A stretch of 61,539 nt of DNA from Longimicrobiales bacterium (lineage in GTDB: Bacteria > Gemmatimonadota > Gemmatimonadetes > Longimicrobiales > Gaopeijiaceae): positions 1 through 61,539 of the forward strand of contig JANQLR010000329.1 in NCBI GenBank assembly GCA_028280525.1, in the 5' to 3' direction. The notes beneath the pieces are model-generated. The model had not been told where the DNA came from. It searched no databases and worked only from the letters and a program-made list of their open reading frames with translations. Shown here piece after piece: positions 37,306 through 46,862 of the stretch (positions are counted from its first letter, which is position 1; every line of letters begins with the position of its first letter). A program made the position numbers and the translations under genes.

Positions 37306-39005
37306 TGAGGCGGACGACTTCGATGGTGGCGCTCGGACTCGCGGGCGCCGTGATGACGGCGTGTGGCATGGATGCGGAGGCGCGACTCGCCGAGGCCGAC
37401 GCGACCCTGGATCCGACGCCGGCCCTCATTGACCCGGACGGGCTGACGCCCGCCCAGTTCTGGAACGCCTCCACGATCTACTTCCTCCTCACCGACCGCT
37501 TCTACAACGGCGATCCGTCGAACGACAACGCCTCGGGCCGGGTCGGGGAGTCGGCGGTGCTGAGAGGCTACGAGGGCGGTGATCTCGCCGGCCTGCGCAT
37601 GAAGATCGAGGAGGGCTACTTCGACGAACTCGGGGTGAATGCCATCTGGCTGACGCCCTTCGTGGAGCAGATCGAGGGCGGGACCAACGAGGGGACCGGA
37701 ATCACCTTCGGTTTCCACGGCTACTGGACGCGCGACTGGACTGCCGTCGAGCCCAACCTCGGGTCCGCCGAGGATGTCCGCGCCGTCGTGCAGGCGGCGC
37801 ACGCCCGTGGGATCCGGGTCCTCATGGACGCGGTGATCCAGCACACCGGCCCGGTCACCGACCTCGATCCCGCCTGGCCGTCCGACTGGGTACGGACCTC
37901 TCCGGCCTGTACCTACCAGGACTACGCGACGACCGTCGACTGCACCCTCGTTCGGAACCTGCCCGACATCCTGACCGGGAGCGACGAGGAGGTCGACCTG
38001 CCCCCGCAGCTCGTGGCGAAGTGGGAGGCGGAGGGGCGGCTCGAGCAGGAGCGGGCCGAGCTGGATGCGTACTTCGAGCGCACCGGCCACCCCCGAGCGC
38101 CCCGCTACTACCTCATCAAGTGGCTGACCGACTGGGTCCGCGAGATGGGATTCGACGGCTACCGCATCGACACCGCCAAGCACTTCGAGGAGTCGGTCAG
38201 CGCCGAGCTGAAGGCCGAGGCCGAGGTGGCCTTCGCCGACTTCCGTTCGGCGAACCCGGACGAGATACCGAGTGACCTCCCCTTCTGGTTCATGGGCGAG
38301 GTCTACAACTACGTCATCCAGCACGGTCGCGACTTCCCCTTCGGCCAGGGCGACGTGGTGGACTTCTACGACTACGGCTACGACGCGCTGATCAACTTCG
38401 ACTTCCGGAGTGGGCGTCAGGGGATGGATCAGCTCTTCTCCGACTACGCCGCCCGCCTCTCCGGCGAACTCGACGGCCTCGGGATCGTGAACTATGCGAG
38501 CTCGCACGACGACGGATCGCCGTACGACCGCATGCGCCTCAATCCCTACGGCACCGGGACCCGGCTCCTCCTCGCCCCCGGCGGTGCGCAGATCTACTAC
38601 GGTGACGAGGTCGCCCGGCCGCTCCAGATCGAGGGGGCCGAGGGCGATGCGAACCTCAGATCCGGCATGGAGTGGAGCTTCGACGCCGAGGAGCGGGCGA
38701 TCCGCGAGCACTGGGCCCGGCTCGGCCGGTTCCGCGCGGCGCACCCGGCCATCGGGGCCGGCCGCCACACGCGGCTGCAGGAGTCGCCCTACGTCTTCGC
38801 CCGCATCCTCGAGGGGGGCGAGCGGCAGGACCGCGTCGTGGTCGCGCTCGATCAGCCGGCAGGGGCGAAGTCGATCCCGGTCGGCGACGTCTTCCCGGAC
38901 GGAACGTCCGTGCGGGATGTCTGGTCGGGGGTCGAGGCGACGGTCCGGAACGGGCGCGTCGAGGTCGACACGCCCGAGGCGATCGTCCTCCTCGAAGCGA
39001 GCTGA
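37305..39005 (+). CDS. GH13 alpha-amylase, predicted lipoprotein
   Basis: Lipobox (VMTAC), IYFLLTDRFYNGD, GGDLAG, FHGYW, DGYRIDTAKH, GEVY, SSHDD, QIYYGDE. Confidence 0.9.
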   Translation: MRRTTSMVALGLAGAVMTACGMDAEARLAEADATLDPTPALIDPDGLTPAQFWNASTIYFLLTDRFYNGDPSNDNASGRVGESAVLRGYEGGDLAGLRMKIEEGYFDELGVNAIWLTPFVEQIEGGTNEGTGITFGFHGYWTRDWTAVEPNLGSAEDVRAVVQAAHARGIRVLMDAVIQHTGPVTDLDPAWPSDWVRTSPACTYQDYATTVDCTLVRNLPDILTGSDEEVDLPPQLVAKWEAEGRLEQERAELDAYFERTGHPRAPRYYLIKWLTDWVREMGFDGYRIDTAKHFEESVSAELKAEAEVAFADFRSANPDEIPSDLPFWFMGEVYNYVIQHGRDFPFGQGDVVDFYDYGYDALINFDFRSGRQGMDQLFSDYAARLSGELDGLGIVNYASSHDDGSPYDRMRLNPYGTGTRLLLAPGGAQIYYGDEVARPLQIEGAEGDANLRSGMEWSFDAEERAIREHWARLGRFRAAHPAIGAGRHTRLQESPYVFARILEGGERQDRVVVALDQPAGAKSIPVGDVFPDGTSVRDVWSGVEATVRNGRVEVDTPEAIVLLEAS

Positions 39006-39027
39006 GCGAGCCCGCACTCCGGTGATG

Positions 39028-39456
39028 TCAGACCGCGGTCGTGCCCTGCTCGAGGCGGGCGAGGAGGACGGGATCGTCCGGGCGGTCCAGCCACTCAAGC
39101 ATCGGGCCGACCTCCTCGAACACATGAACCGTCTCCGGATTGGAGCCGACCAGGAGTTCGTACATCCGCGCCATCCCCACGACCAGGATGGAGGGGGAGA
39201 GGATCGCCGATCGCGACTCCACCCCGGCCTCTTCGAGGATCGCGCCGAGGTGCATGGCGACCTCCTCCAGCCCCTCGGCCGTGAGTCCGACCAGGCGGCA
39301 GTCGCGGAGGTCCGCGATCTCGTCCATCCCGGGACGCCACATCGGGTCCGCATAGAGGCGCCGGTAGCCGGTCACGAACTCGGCGTCGTCGATCTCCGCG
39401 ATGAAGCGGCTGATCACCGCGCCACGCTCGGGGAGGATCTCGTGCTGAATCGGCAA
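39028..39456 (-). CDS. Hypothetical protein (SpoIIAA/STAS-like alpha/beta pattern)
   Basis: EIADLRDC...SAILSP...GMARMYELL...VHVFE...LEWL. Start uncertain (TTG 39456 or GTG 39537). Confidence 0.55.
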   Translation of the reverse strand: MPIQHEILPERGAVISRFIAEIDDAEFVTGYRRLYADPMWRPGMDEIADLRDCRLVGLTAEGLEEVAMHLGAILEEAGVESRSAILSPSILVVGMARMYELLVGSNPETVHVFEEVGPMLEWLDRPDDPVLLARLEQGTTAV

Positions 39457-39592
39457 CGGGTGCGTCCTGGGTCGGTCAACGATGAAGGCTCCTTCAGAAC
39501 CTACAGTAAGGTGAGTGCCAGGAGTCGCTTTGGCCACTCGCAGTTCCCCCGCCGTATTCGCGAATCGTAACCCCTCCAGCCGCCCGAAACCC

Positions 39593-41920
39593 GTGCGCCT
39601 TTCCTCCGTCTACCTCCTCGCCGCGGCGCTGACCGCATCGACCTCGGGCCTCACCGCCCAGGAGTCCTCCGACGTGCAGACCCACTTCCGCGCCGCGATC
39701 CACGGCCCGACCGCGATCCGATTCACCCTGCAGGGCGTCGAGCGTCCCATGCGGACCGAGTCGTACCTCCTCACCGACGGCGCCGGCGAGACCATTCCGA
39801 TCGCCCGGGTGCTCCCGAACACGGCGAGCGAGGGACTGGTCGTGCCCGCGGAGCCGGTCGACCCGATGCGGGTCCACTACCTCGAGGTCCCCTCGATCGG
39901 GCTGCGGACGCTCGTGCGCCGCGACCCTCTCTTCCGGAACCTCTATTCGGACAAGGAGCTGGGCGCACGAGTGTCCGACGACGGATCGACGAGGGTGCGG
40001 ATCTTCGCGCCGCGGGCCACCGCGGTGCGACTCTACCTCTACGACGGGAAGGACGACGCCCCCGCCGATGCACGGCGGGTGGTGGAGATGACCAGGGACG
40101 GGGACGGCGTCTGGGAGGCGGACTTCGACGCCGACCTGCACGGGACGTGGTACGACTTCACCGTTCACGGCCCCGACGATCCCGGGAACTGGTTCTACGA
40201 GTCGCACCCCGCGCACATCTCCGACCCGTACGCTCTCGTCAACGACGATGCCTTCGGGAAGTCGCGGGTGTGGCGGGACGGCCCGCCCCCGTCTCCGCTC
40301 GCGGAGGGCCGCCCGCCGATGGAGGACGTCGTCGCCTACGAGGTGCACCTGCAGGACTTCACCGACCTCCTTCCGAGCGACGACGCGGGTCGGCTCCCCG
40401 CCTTCTTCGAGTCGGGGCTGCGCAACGCGCACGGGGAGCCGATCGGCTTCGACTACCTGGTCGACCTCGGGGTGAACGTCGTCCACCTCATGCCGATGCA
40501 GGAGTACCTCCACTACCCCGACGAGGAGTGGCAGGCCGCCTTCGCGGACGACGAGTTCGCGCAGGAGATGGGGATCGACCGCGAGAACTACCAGTGGGGC
40601 TATCGCACCACGCACGCCTTCGCCGTCGAGAGCCGCTTTCGGCCCGAGGGCGCCGAGCCGGGGGCCGAGCGCGACCTCTTCCGGCAGCTCGTCGAGGCGT
40701 TCCACGCGCGCGGCATCGCCGTGATCATCGACGTGGTGCCGAACCACACCGGGGAGAACATGGACGGGCGGCACCTCCTCCTGAACTTCAACGTCCAGGA
40801 CCTCCCGTACTTCTACCGGACGAGCGACGAGATCGAGCACATCGGGCCCTTCGGGAACGAGGTGAAGACGGAGGAGCGCCCGATGGTCCAGCGCTGGATC
40901 GTCGATCAGCTGAAGCACTGGGTCGACGCGCTCGGGGTCGACGGCTTCCGCGTCGACCTGGCCGGTCAGATCGACAAGCAGACGCTCCTGCGGGTGAAGG
41001 CGGAGCTGGGCGACGACGTCATCGTCTACGGCGAGCCGTGGATCGCGGTGACCGACCCCGACGTCCGCGCGAACCCCGACTGGTCGTGGTACAAGGCCGA
41101 CGCGCCGATCACCTTCTTCCAGGACGAGGCGCGCAACGCCTTCAAGGGGAGCCCCTTCGACGTGAAGGAGCGCGGCTGGGCCGGGGGAGACGGCGCCCAG
41201 CGCCCCGCCGCCATGCGCGCGCTGGTCAACGGCTACGCCGAAGAGCCGAAGACCACGAACGGGATCTCCTACCTCGACATCCACGACAACTGGGCGCTCG
41301 CCGACCGCTACGCGCTGAACGACGACAACAACGGCCTCCTGGGCGTCGATATGGACGCCATGCGGGTCGCCGCCGGGCTCCTCTTCACCTCGATGGGGCC
41401 GATCGTGATCAACGGCGGCACCGAGATGCTCCGCTCGAAGGGACTCGCTCCGCACGAGGAGTTCGTCCGCGAGACGGCGACCGGCCCGATCGCCTTCAAG
41501 GGGCGCGACGACACCTACAACCTGCGCGCCCCGAACCGGTACCTGTGGGACACCCTCGAGCCCGGCTCGGACGCCGTCGCGATGCGGGACTGGTGGCGGG
41601 GGCTCGCACGCCTCCGTGCCTCGGAGGCCGGCGCAGTCTTCCGACTCGATCGGCTCCCGGAGGGTCACGTCTACTGGATCATGCCCCCGGAGGAGACGGT
41701 TCTCGGCTACGTCACCGGGGAGCGGGTCTTCGTGCTCGCGAACTCCGGCGACGAGGATGCGATCGTCGACGTGAAGCTCCCGACCGGGAGCTGGCGTCAG
41801 ATCTCCGATGGCGAGCGGGTGGAGATGGACGGTGTGGACGGGCCGTACTCGACCCTCTCCGGCGGCGACCACCGGCTCGCGATCTCCGGCGGGGACTTCC
41901 TGATCTGGGTGCGGGAGTAG
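39593..41920 (+). CDS. Secreted GH13 pullulanase-like debranching enzyme
   Basis: Signal peptide, LGA...RIFAPRA (CBM48-like), YEVHLQDF, NYQWGY, DVVPNHT, DGFRVDL, YGEPW, YLDIHDN. Confidence 0.88.
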   Translation: MRLSSVYLLAAALTASTSGLTAQESSDVQTHFRAAIHGPTAIRFTLQGVERPMRTESYLLTDGAGETIPIARVLPNTASEGLVVPAEPVDPMRVHYLEVPSIGLRTLVRRDPLFRNLYSDKELGARVSDDGSTRVRIFAPRATAVRLYLYDGKDDAPADARRVVEMTRDGDGVWEADFDADLHGTWYDFTVHGPDDPGNWFYESHPAHISDPYALVNDDAFGKSRVWRDGPPPSPLAEGRPPMEDVVAYEVHLQDFTDLLPSDDAGRLPAFFESGLRNAHGEPIGFDYLVDLGVNVVHLMPMQEYLHYPDEEWQAAFADDEFAQEMGIDRENYQWGYRTTHAFAVESRFRPEGAEPGAERDLFRQLVEAFHARGIAVIIDVVPNHTGENMDGRHLLLNFNVQDLPYFYRTSDEIEHIGPFGNEVKTEERPMVQRWIVDQLKHWVDALGVDGFRVDLAGQIDKQTLLRVKAELGDDVIVYGEPWIAVTDPDVRANPDWSWYKADAPITFFQDEARNAFKGSPFDVKERGWAGGDGAQRPAAMRALVNGYAEEPKTTNGISYLDIHDNWALADRYALNDDNNGLLGVDMDAMRVAAGLLFTSMGPIVINGGTEMLRSKGLAPHEEFVRETATGPIAFKGRDDTYNLRAPNRYLWDTLEPGSDAVAMRDWWRGLARLRASEAGAVFRLDRLPEGHVYWIMPPEETVLGYVTGERVFVLANSGDEDAIVDVKLPTGSWRQISDGERVEMDGVDGPYSTLSGGDHRLAISGGDFLIWVRE

Positions 41921-42078
41921 GGGGCGGCGAACACGTCCAACTCCGCGAGGTGGATTGGCCCGGGTTCTTCCGGCCGTGGGCCAACGCAGGGGACGCAGCT
42001 CCAAGCTCAGCCCGTCTCTGGCCGCACTCCCGTTGCGTCGGGGCCGCCAGTGAACGGAAGATGACAGCGGCCTGGGAC

Positions 42079-42106
42079 TTGCCTAGACTGCGCATGCGAG
42101 TATGAT
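42079..42106 (+). promoter_or_regulatory. Sigma70-type promoter of the Cys-rich miniprotein islet
   Basis: TTGCCT-N16-TATGAT, followed by RBS GAGGAGAGG before ATG 42142. Confidence 0.55.
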
Positions 42107-42141
42107 GTTAGAGACCCTCCCCTTCTCGAGGAGAGGTAAGC

Positions 42142-42615
42142 ATGCGTCTGGTTCTTTCTCTGGCCCTGTTGCTCTCCATCGCGGCAGTCCCCTCCCCTGC
42201 GGCGGCTCAGCTCCAAGATTGCGAGGGATGCAGCGGCAACGATTGTGTACGCTCTGATCGACCCTCGGACTGCTGGAACTGGCACAAGGTAGGCTCGTGC
42301 GATTGCGGACTGTTCTGTGACTGCACAGGGGGCACCGAGTGCTCGTTCTGTGGGGGGCAGGCGGCGATCGACCTCGGGCATACGAAGGAGCTGCTCGGAG
42401 GCGGGTGGGAGGTGTCCGGGGTCCGTCTCTCAGACGAGACCTTCTCTGTCCTGGCCGCCTGCGGTGCACAGGTCGACGTGGTCTACACGGCTGCTGGCGA
42501 GGCTCGGAGGCGAGAGCTCGCTCGGTTGATCGAGTTCTCAGCGGTAGAGGATCGGGGGATCGTTGGTCACGTTGCGCGCGTCCTATCCGACGCGCTTGGC
42601 GATTGGCTCCTATAG
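42142..42615 (+). CDS. Secreted cysteine-rich hypothetical protein (10-Cys N-terminal mature domain)
   Basis: Signal peptide ending PAAA|Q, then CEGCSGNDC...CWNWHKVGSCDCGLFCDCTGGTECSFCGG. Promoter and strong RBS upstream. Confidence 0.75.
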   Translation: MRLVLSLALLLSIAAVPSPAAAQLQDCEGCSGNDCVRSDRPSDCWNWHKVGSCDCGLFCDCTGGTECSFCGGQAAIDLGHTKELLGGGWEVSGVRLSDETFSVLAACGAQVDVVYTAAGEARRRELARLIEFSAVEDRGIVGHVARVLSDALGDWLL

Positions 42616-42629
42616 GGGGGAGACCTGCT

Positions 42630-43613
42630 GTGTTCCGCTGGTCTTGGCTGGCTCTTCTACTCATTCCACCCCTTGGTTGCGATGAGGTAGACGAACTGCC
42701 GAAGTCGAGATCGCTCAGTGAGATCTGGGCTGTTCCCGTCGACGGAACATTCCATGGGCTCAGGAGCGTGGAGAAGGTCGGGCTCCTCGGCGACACGGTC
42801 CTTGTACTCGATCCCTTGGCCGGTAGGATTCATCTGCTGTCTATGGCGGGTGCGTATCTGTCCGGAGTGATGTTGCCGCGCCTTCCTGACGGGACTGCGC
42901 CAGATCGAATGGTGGCCCTGCGGGACCGCAGCATCGTTCTGGCGAGTTCGTCGGGACCCGATTGCTTCCTGATTTCAATCGCCGCTCAGTTGGCGACAGC
43001 TAGCTGCTCGCTGCCGGACTCTCATGTCTGGAGAGCGGATCTAGTTGCGGTAGGGGAGAACCTCGTTGCTGCCGCGCATGTTGGTGACGGGTCTCCCCTG
43101 AGGCTGCTCGTTCGCCAAGGTGACCGATTCCAGGAAGCCGCCGCCTTTGGCTCGCTTGGAGTGGGAGCAACCGGTCCGGACTCTGCCTTCTTCAGTTTTG
43201 GCCTTGGGCCGGTTGCTTCCTCCGGCGACAGCGCGGTTCTGTTCACACCCTACAGTCCGATTGCCATGGAGGCATGGGACGAGAATGCTGAGTCTCTGCC
43301 CGTCGTGGCGACCCCAAGTGTTCGGGTCTCGCCACCCGAGTTGGATTCGGATGGTTCCAGCCGGTCCCCTCGCTACGAGGCGGCCACCGGCTTGGTCGTC
43401 TTGGACCGTGCCGTTCTGTTGTCGGCGTATGACCCGAACACCGACACAAGCAGTCTCTGGCGGATCGATCCCGCCGGAGGAGTCACCTTGGCCGAGCTGC
43501 CTCTTCGATTGCGCGTCAGATCTGGGGCCGACTCCGTGCTACTCGCGAGTAGGAGGTTGGGCACGGAAGAACTCGTCCTCTACCACCTGACTGAAGTCGA
43601 AGAACGGGAGTAG
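42630..43613 (+). CDS. Putative lipoprotein, degenerate 6-bladed beta-propeller
   Basis: GTG start, MFRWSWLALLLIPPLGC lipobox, GDTVLVLDPLAGRIHLLSMAGAYL NHL-like blade, beta-rich repeats. Confidence 0.65.
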   Translation: MFRWSWLALLLIPPLGCDEVDELPKSRSLSEIWAVPVDGTFHGLRSVEKVGLLGDTVLVLDPLAGRIHLLSMAGAYLSGVMLPRLPDGTAPDRMVALRDRSIVLASSSGPDCFLISIAAQLATASCSLPDSHVWRADLVAVGENLVAAAHVGDGSPLRLLVRQGDRFQEAAAFGSLGVGATGPDSAFFSFGLGPVASSGDSAVLFTPYSPIAMEAWDENAESLPVVATPSVRVSPPELDSDGSSRSPRYEAATGLVVLDRAVLLSAYDPNTDTSSLWRIDPAGGVTLAELPLRLRVRSGADSVLLASRRLGTEELVLYHLTEVEERE

Positions 43614-43617
43614 CTGC

Positions 43618-44742
43618 ATGGTTGGGTTCGTCCTTGGCGGACTGATCGCTCTATCCGCTGTACCACAAGACACCACGCTGCTTCGCCCCGATCTGGTGAT
43701 TGGCGCGGACGAGTCCGATCCGACGACCCTCTTCACCTTTGTAACCGGCCTTCGTGGGGAGGCATCAGGTCACATAATCGTTTCGGACCTTGGCGTTTCC
43801 GAAGTGAGTGTGTTCGACTCAACCGGATCGCCCAGGCTCAAGATCTCGGAGGTCGGTTACGGCCCCGGCGAGATACAGCGGCCTCTGGAGTCGGCGTATA
43901 GCGGCAGCGACCTGGTGGTCTTCGATCTCGGGCACAACGCCTATCTGTGGTTCTCAGAGGATGGAAACCCCGTCGCGCGCGTCCCGAACCCGTTCGGCCG
44001 ACGCGGTCTGGATCCGCTCTACACGACAACGTCAGGATATATCGTGGACGGTACCCTCGGTGACGAGCCTCAGGATAGCTTCGTCGTGCGACGCTTCCGG
44101 CGTTCCCCGGAAGCCACCACGCACGACCCGGCGGTGGATTCCATCGTCGTCCACCACAATCCCCTGCGGGCGGTTCACGCCGGAGGGGCGACGTTCGTGG
44201 CCGTCCCAATGTCCACCCGACCCTCTTGGACCGTCCTGGGTGAGGACATCGTGGTCAGCACCAACGGTGCCTATGTTCTGGAAAGGCGTTCGTTCAATGG
44301 TCACGTCGACACTTTGTACGCGCGCTCGACGCTCGACGACCGACCCATTCGGATCCCCAGCGTACTCCGAAGGGAACTCGAAGAGGCCTTCGATGCAGCT
44401 CTCCGGTCGCAGGCGGAGAGACAGGGACTACCCTCGAACGCCTTCCTCGACGAAGCGGAGGTCCCCTCGCACTTCCCGCCGGTCATCGCGCTCATTGCCG
44501 ATCCCGGTGGACGGATCTGGGTGCTGACTGGAAGTGAATCCGGTGAACCGTCGCTTGACCTCATCGATGCCAGAGGGGAGCACCTGGGTACGGTTCAGCT
44601 CCAGGTAGACCAGTGGCCCAACATGCTCCTGGGTGGGATCGCCGCCTCGTCGAGCCATCTACTCCTCGTTGCCGAGAGCGAGCTCGGGACTCAGGTCGTC
44701 CAGGGCTTTCGAATCCCGGAAGAGCTGCGAGCTCGAGACTAG
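43618..44742 (+). CDS. Secreted 6-bladed beta-propeller (TolB/NHL-like) protein
   Basis: DLVIG...GHIIVSDLGVSEVSVFDSTG...GYGPGEIQRP, LIADPGGRIWV, DLIDARGEHLG. Confidence 0.75.
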   Translation: MVGFVLGGLIALSAVPQDTTLLRPDLVIGADESDPTTLFTFVTGLRGEASGHIIVSDLGVSEVSVFDSTGSPRLKISEVGYGPGEIQRPLESAYSGSDLVVFDLGHNAYLWFSEDGNPVARVPNPFGRRGLDPLYTTTSGYIVDGTLGDEPQDSFVVRRFRRSPEATTHDPAVDSIVVHHNPLRAVHAGGATFVAVPMSTRPSWTVLGEDIVVSTNGAYVLERRSFNGHVDTLYARSTLDDRPIRIPSVLRRELEEAFDAALRSQAERQGLPSNAFLDEAEVPSHFPPVIALIADPGGRIWVLTGSESGEPSLDLIDARGEHLGTVQLQVDQWPNMLLGGIAASSSHLLLVAESELGTQVVQGFRIPEELRARD

Positions 44743-44800
44743 ACCAAAGCGCGCGGTTGTGGCGAAGCCGGTACGAAGAAGCATCGGGAGGAGCCTGATG

Positions 44801-46696
44801 TCATCCCGCCCGTGGGGCGGCCTCCGCGATCAGATCGAGCATCTCCGCCGTCCGGAACGGCTTCTCCATGACTGGACCGAGCGCGCGTGCACTCGCGGCC
44901 TGTTCCGAGTCCATGAACCCCGTCATGAAGACGACCGCAAGACGGGGGTCGAGCGCGAGAGCGCGCCGGGCCAGCTCGGGGCCGTCGATCGTGTACGGCA
45001 TCGACACGTCGGTGAGGAGGAGGTCGAAGGGGCCTTCCTCCCGGAGGATGCGCAGCGCGTTGCGCGGGTCGTCCGCGGATGCCGTGACGTGTCCGGCACG
45101 GGCAAGCATCCGCTCGACCATTCGCTTGATCTCCGTCTCGTCGTCCACCACGAGGATCCGCAGGGAGGGCCCGCCCGCGACCCTTCGGACCTCCGGGGCA
45201 TCGGCCTCGTAGTCGTCGACGTCGGCTCCAGCCACGATCGGGAAGACGAGCCGAATCGTGGTCCCGACCTCCGGCTCCGACTCGATCTCCAGGGCGCCGT
45301 TCGACTCCTCCACGAGCTTCTTCGCCATGCTCAGACCGAGCCCGGTTCCCTTCCCTGGGGGTTTGGTCGTGAAGAGCGGCTCCGTGACCTGTTCCACCAG
45401 CTCCGTCGGGATGCCAACGCCCTGGTCCCGGACCTCGATCGCCACGGCCGCCCTCCGGTCGTCGGCGTCGCCCAGCTCCGTCAGGCGCAGGCGGAGCTGG
45501 ATCTCGCCCTTCCGGCCGTCCATCGCGTCCCGCGCATTGACGATGAGGTTGAGGAGCGAGTTCTCGAGTCGGTCCCGGCCCACGTCGACCTGCAGCGGGG
45601 CGGTGTCGGGCACCTCGACCCGCAGGCGAAGGTGACCCGGGAGCGCGGACTGCAGGAGGGTGCTGCTCTCCTCCAGAAGGGCGCGGAGATCGACCCGGTC
45701 GGTCGTGGCGGGGGCGCGGCGGGCGTAGTCGAGGAGGGAGCGGGTGAGCGCCCCGCCCCGCTTGAGCGCGGCCCGCATCTCCTCCCGCACCTCCGCCGCG
45801 TCGATCTCTTCGTCCAGGAGTTCGAGGTATCCCCCGAGAATCAGGAGGATGTTGTTGAAGTCGTGCGTCAGGCCGATGGTCAGCTGATCGACGAGCTGGG
45901 TCCGCTGCACCTCCTGCAGCCGCTGTTCCTTGAGCTTCTCCTCCTGAATCGAACGCTGCGTACCGAGGATCCGCACCGGCTGGCCGTCGGGCATCGATTC
46001 CACGACGTACCCGATCGCCGACAGCCACTCCCACTCCCCGTCGGCCCGGAGCATCCGGTGGTCGGCCGCATACACGGTCGTGGCGCCACTGACCACGGCG
46101 TGCATCGACGCGTCGGCGGCGGCGATGTCTTCGGGGTGAACGCGCTTCGCCCACTCCTCGTAGGACGCCGGCCAGTCGCCGGGCTCGTACCCGATGATCG
46201 TGTAGTACGAGTCCGAGACCCGCGCCCACCCCTCGGTGAGGTGCCACTCCCACATCGCGAGCGACCCACCCCGGATCGCGACCTCCATCCACTCGCGGGC
46301 CTGGGTCAGCTCGCGGTTCATCTCGCGCTGCAGGCTCAGGTCCTGCACCGTCGCGATTGCGACGGTGCCGTCGGGGGTGTCGACCGTCCCGGTCGAGATG
46401 TGGACCGGGAAGCGCTCGCCGTTCTTCCGCTGGAACTCCAGCTCGAAGGTCCGGCTCCCCGCCGACTCCATCGTCTCCTGGTAGGCCGATTCGACAACGG
46501 GCAGCTGCTCCTTCGGCCAGTACGGATGCGGAAGCCCCGCGGCGTAGAGCTCCTCCTTGGTGAACCCCGTCATCTCGGCGAAGGCCTGATTGACGTAGGT
46601 ATGGCGCCCATCGGGGTCGACGGCCGAGACCCCCTCCGACACGGCGTCCAGTAGCCGCGTGAGTTCGGTGGGAATCCGTGGAGTTCGGTCGGACAT
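44801..46696 (-). CDS. Hybrid PAS-PAS histidine kinase with receiver domain
   Basis: Two PAS/PAC domains, H-box GLTHDFNNIL, NLIVNARDAM, DQGVGI, FTTKPPGKGTGLGL, REC ILVVDDE...LLLTDVSMP...KPF. Start may be up to 46789. Confidence 0.92.
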   Translation of the reverse strand: MSDRTPRIPTELTRLLDAVSEGVSAVDPDGRHTYVNQAFAEMTGFTKEELYAAGLPHPYWPKEQLPVVESAYQETMESAGSRTFELEFQRKNGERFPVHISTGTVDTPDGTVAIATVQDLSLQREMNRELTQAREWMEVAIRGGSLAMWEWHLTEGWARVSDSYYTIIGYEPGDWPASYEEWAKRVHPEDIAAADASMHAVVSGATTVYAADHRMLRADGEWEWLSAIGYVVESMPDGQPVRILGTQRSIQEEKLKEQRLQEVQRTQLVDQLTIGLTHDFNNILLILGGYLELLDEEIDAAEVREEMRAALKRGGALTRSLLDYARRAPATTDRVDLRALLEESSTLLQSALPGHLRLRVEVPDTAPLQVDVGRDRLENSLLNLIVNARDAMDGRKGEIQLRLRLTELGDADDRRAAVAIEVRDQGVGIPTELVEQVTEPLFTTKPPGKGTGLGLSMAKKLVEESNGALEIESEPEVGTTIRLVFPIVAGADVDDYEADAPEVRRVAGGPSLRILVVDDETEIKRMVERMLARAGHVTASADDPRNALRILREEGPFDLLLTDVSMPYTIDGPELARRALALDPRLAVVFMTGFMDSEQAASARALGPVMEKPFRTAEMLDLIAEAAPRAG

Positions 46697-46862
46697 GATG
46701 GGGTCGAGTTGAGGGAGAACGGTGTCCAGTGTCGACACGCCGAACGGAGATGTTGATGGTTCGATCGGGAAGTCGGTTCTGGATGCCACCGTGGGGGGGA
46801 GGTGGTAGATTTCCCCGGTAACTCCCGGATCATATTGAAGTTCCCTTCATACTGCCTTTCAT

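Noticed and set aside
41921-44800. Islet as a mobile element or RiPP cluster
   Set aside because: No integrase, transposase, flanking direct repeats, radical SAM, peptidase-ABC or other maturase was seen, so it is reported only as a compositional islet.
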